Of a DNA stretch of 24,000 nucleotides, positions 21,477 through 24,000 are shown in pieces (positions within the stretch are counted from its first letter, which is position 1; every line of letters begins with the position of its first letter). The stretch covers positions 1,960,951-1,984,950 of the forward strand of contig OY782041.1 of the NCBI GenBank assembly GCA_963677595.1, given 5' to 3'. The translations under genes and the position numbers were made by a program. The DNA is from Spirochaetia bacterium (GTDB lineage Bacteria; Spirochaetota; Spirochaetia; CAKZLE01). The notes below the pieces were generated by a model that worked only from the letters and a program-made list of their open reading frames with translations, searched no databases and had not been told where the DNA came from.

Positions 21477-22727
21477 ATGACAAGAATGAATGATTCACAA
21501 CAGACCTACCTCGGGCTGCTCTGGCACGCGGTCTTCCTCTCGATCACGGTGACGTTCACCGAGGTCAATACCGTGCTGCCTGCACTGGTACTCGATCTCG
21601 GTGGGAACTCCTTCCATGTGGGGCTTATATCGGCGATCATGATCGGGATTCCCCTGATCAGCAAGCTCTTCTTTACCAGCTTTCTCTCGCAGCAGCGACG
21701 CAAGCAGCCGTGGCTGCTCGTCGGGATCTACCTGCGGGTCCTCTCCCTCGTCATGATCGGGATCACCCTGAGCTACCAGACCCGGTTCTCGTTCTTCTTG
21801 GTCATGCTGCTCGTCTATGGGGCTCTGCTGCTCTTCTCCCTCAGCGGTGCCTTCGCCGGCCTGCCGTACATCCATATCGTGGGGGGATCCCTCGAACCGG
21901 GGGTGAGGAAACGGTTCTTCCCGCAGAAGCAGATCATAGCAAGCGTCGGGACGTTGGTGTCGGTCTTCGCGGCCCAGTACATCCTGAGGCGCTTTCCGCA
22001 TCCCCAGAGCTATGTCTACCTCTTCTTCGCTGCCGGCAGTTTCCTGCTCATCGCATCTGCCGGGTTCTGGGCCTTGAAGGAGGTGCCCCGGGAACCGGAG
22101 GGTTCCAAGGGGTACCTTGAGACCCTGAAGGCCATCCCCTCGATCCTGCGCTCTGACCGGTCGTTCTTCAGCTATATCCTCTTCTCGAACGTGATGAGTA
22201 TCTCCCTTGCGCTGATCCCCTTCTTCATCGGGTTCGCCCGGAACCGGTTCTCGATCAGTGAGGAGCAGTTCAGCTTCATCCTGCTCGTCCAGATCTCCGG
22301 TATGATCGTCTCGAGCCTCATCTGGCCCAAGGTCGTGGCTTCCGGGGGCTTCAAGAGGATCCTCATCATCAGGATCATCCTGAACATGCTCATCCCCTGT
22401 GCAGCGATCCTGGTCGGGTCCTTCGGGACCTTCCCGATCTACCTGGTTGTGGTATTCCTCATCGGGTTCTCCCTGAGCGGGAGGACCGTCAGTGAGGATG
22501 CGGTGCTCATCGAACTCTCCGATGATGCCAACCGGGTGCTCTACTCGGGGATCCTGGGAACGCTGAACATAAGCATCATCATATTCCCGATCATATTAGG
22601 ATCCCTCATAGAGCTGACCGGTACCCTGCCGGTCTTCATCTCTGTCGGTATGGTCTCGGCGGCAGGGTTCTTCTTCCTCAGGAGGATGACCTGCCCGGTC
22701 GATGTGCATGACAGCAAGGCAGGATGA
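21477..22727 (+). CDS. MFS-type transporter (about 12 TM helices), substrate unknown
   Basis: Two bundles of about 6 hydrophobic helices are separated by a charged loop (LKEVPREPEGSKGYLETLK). Track ORF 21189..22727 overlaps the opposite-strand AhpD-like gene, so the start was moved to the first ATG past it (21477; alternative 21486). Confidence 0.75.
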   Translation: MTRMNDSQQTYLGLLWHAVFLSITVTFTEVNTVLPALVLDLGGNSFHVGLISAIMIGIPLISKLFFTSFLSQQRRKQPWLLVGIYLRVLSLVMIGITLSYQTRFSFFLVMLLVYGALLLFSLSGAFAGLPYIHIVGGSLEPGVRKRFFPQKQIIASVGTLVSVFAAQYILRRFPHPQSYVYLFFAAGSFLLIASAGFWALKEVPREPEGSKGYLETLKAIPSILRSDRSFFSYILFSNVMSISLALIPFFIGFARNRFSISEEQFSFILLVQISGMIVSSLIWPKVVASGGFKRILIIRIILNMLIPCAAILVGSFGTFPIYLVVVFLIGFSLSGRTVSEDAVLIELSDDANRVLYSGILGTLNISIIIFPIILGSLIELTGTLPVFISVGMVSAAGFFFLRRMTCPVDVHDSKAG

Positions 22728-22738
22728 TTCCCGATGAG

Positions 22739-24000
22739 TTAGGCTTCAGACGATCCCGTGTTCCCGAGGATATAATCTATCACCTGCCTGGCTGAATACT
22801 CCCCGGACCTGCTGATCAGGTTCCGGACACTGTCCAGCTTGGAGCCGATGGTGATGAGCGCCTTCTCGACAGTGCCGTCTTCATAGACTGTCGGCAGCCC
22901 GATTGCTGCGAAGAGGGAGTTGCAGAGGCACTTCTTGCCCTTGATCGCCTCAGCCGTGAGCCCTCCCTTCGAAGAGAATGCTTCTGCAGGCTCTGCCGGG
23001 CATCGGTACCCGATACTCCCGTCCTCCCGCTTGTACAGGGTCCGGAGGTATCCCAGGTTGCAGGCCCGCTCCCGGTGAAGCCCTGGTTCGGGACCGTTGT
23101 CGATCTCCATGAGTTTGAAGGGGAAGCCGGTGGGGGATGCCTTGGTGTCTGTTGAGATCCTCTCCTTCCCCTTGCCCACGATCGAGATGATCCGTTCCTT
23201 GATCTCAGGGAAGAATCCTGATTCCCTGCAGAGGGCAAAAGGGGTCCCTGCCTGGATCCCGGCTGCACCGGAGTCCAGTGCCTGCTGCAGTCCTTCAGGA
23301 CTCCCGTAGGAGCCTGCGAGCCAGAAGGGGATCCCGAGACTTTGCAGTTTATCCATGTCCACGATGTCACGTTTCCCATAGATCGGCTCTCCCTCATCAT
23401 CAAGCAGCATCCTGCCGCGAGGAGGTGCATTGTGCCCCCCCGCAGAAGGACCTTCCACGATGATACCGTCGACAGGGCCGTTTGCCTTGCTGACCATGAC
23501 TGATGCAAGAAAGTTCGAGGATACGATCGGCAGGAACTTCGGGATCTTGATCTCGGGCATCTGTATGGTGAAGAGATGCTTCGGGTTGAAGCGGGAGAAG
23601 AAGGACTCCTCCTTGCCGGCATCCTCTACATCCAGTCGCATGGAGGTCTCCTCATGACGGGAGAGGTCCCTGATGACTCCCGGGATCTCGATCGGGATGC
23701 CAGCCCCCATGATGATGTAATCGACCCCTGCAAGCAGGGCCCCGTAGATCGATGAGAGGGTAGGGAGCTGGAGTTTTGCCAGGTAGTTGATCCCAACCTT
23801 CCCGGGGTGCCCCTCCTTTGCCAGCCAGGTCTCGACGAAGTTGGCTGCGACATTCAGTGCATTGAGCCGGTCATTGTTCTTGATGGTGAAGAACGGGACC
23901 CGCTTGAAGGGTGAACGGGAGGATATACCCCCCCTTACGAAATATTCATCTATGATGCGCTTGGCTGTCTCACTGCAGGGGAAGGCTGCCAGGGCACGGC
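22739..24000 (-). CDS. Nitronate monooxygenase (2-nitropropane dioxygenase / FabK-like) family FMN oxidoreductase, N-terminus outside window
   Basis: The frame of track ORF 22739..23710 stays open up to nt 24000; my hand translation reads ...GINYLAKLQLPTLSSIYGALLAGVDYIIMGAGIP.... The family motifs are GIIVEGPSAGGHN and a TIM-barrel-like pattern. Confidence 0.75.
   Translation of the reverse strand, partial: RALAAFPCSETAKRIIDEYFVRGGISSRSPFKRVPFFTIKNNDRLNALNVAANFVETWLAKEGHPGKVGINYLAKLQLPTLSSIYGALLAGVDYIIMGAGIPIEIPGVIRDLSRHEETSMRLDVEDAGKEESFFSRFNPKHLFTIQMPEIKIPKFLPIVSSNFLASVMVSKANGPVDGIIVEGPSAGGHNAPPRGRMLLDDEGEPIYGKRDIVDMDKLQSLGIPFWLAGSYGSPEGLQQALDSGAAGIQAGTPFALCRESGFFPEIKERIISIVGKGKERISTDTKASPTGFPFKLMEIDNGPEPGLHRERACNLGYLRTLYKREDGSIGYRCPAEPAEAFSSKGGLTAEAIKGKKCLCNSLFAAIGLPTVYEDGTVEKALITIGSKLDSVRNLISRSGEYSARQVIDYILGNTGSSEA

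Noticed and set aside
22816-23622. 268-aa alternative-frame minus-strand ORF within the nitronate monooxygenase-family gene
   Set aside because: It is Ser/Arg/Pro-rich and low-complexity. The other frame carries the NMO-family motifs and remains open to the window edge.
1-24000. Scan for CRISPR arrays, tRNA/rRNA genes, transposases/integrases and known defence-system genes
   Set aside because: No periodic direct repeats, cloverleaf-like sequences, rRNA-like stretches or recombinase/transposase-like ORFs were found by eye. The non-coding regions are short, apart from 20494-20816, which is treated as a finding.

Overview
Gene-dense prokaryotic chromosomal window from a probable anaerobe, roughly 55-60% GC by eye and not computed. 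All calls come from the ORF track and my own motif reading; no searches were run.

Left to right:
- The 3' part of a tryptophanase-family lyase, followed by a hairpin+T8 terminator.
- A 379-aa hypothetical protein.
- A 10.8-kb, 12-gene, translationally coupled Mrp-antiporter/complex-I-like operon (2423-13228). Its gene order is Mbx/MBS-type. The NuoD-like subunit lacks the [NiFe] cysteines. The two antiporter-like subunits are fused into one 1100-aa protein. The NuoI-like ferredoxin subunit is fused to a complete GltD/NfnB/SudA-like FAD/NAD(P)H module.
- An ArsR-family regulator.
- A 6-gene, translationally coupled stressosome-type operon (13864-20045): a PAS-STAS RsbR-like protein, then RsbS-, RsbT- and RsbX-like proteins, then a soluble hybrid histidine kinase and a REC-HD-GYP response regulator.
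- A low-GC islet with an orphan HigA-like HTH gene and two TATGAC-N16-GTCATAGCA palindromes.
- An AhpD/CMD-like protein, an MFS transporter, and a 5'-truncated nitronate-monooxygenase-family gene.

No rRNA, tRNA, CRISPR array or transposase was seen. The host domain is ambiguous: codon usage and the Mbx-type operon look methanogen/euryarchaeon-like, while a perfect sigma70-type promoter, an intrinsic terminator, the stressosome and HD-GYP look bacterial.

The best candidate for an undescribed system is the NAD(P)H-module-fused, NiFe-less Mbx-like ion-translocating complex. The stressosome-to-phosphorelay-to-HD-GYP operon is second.
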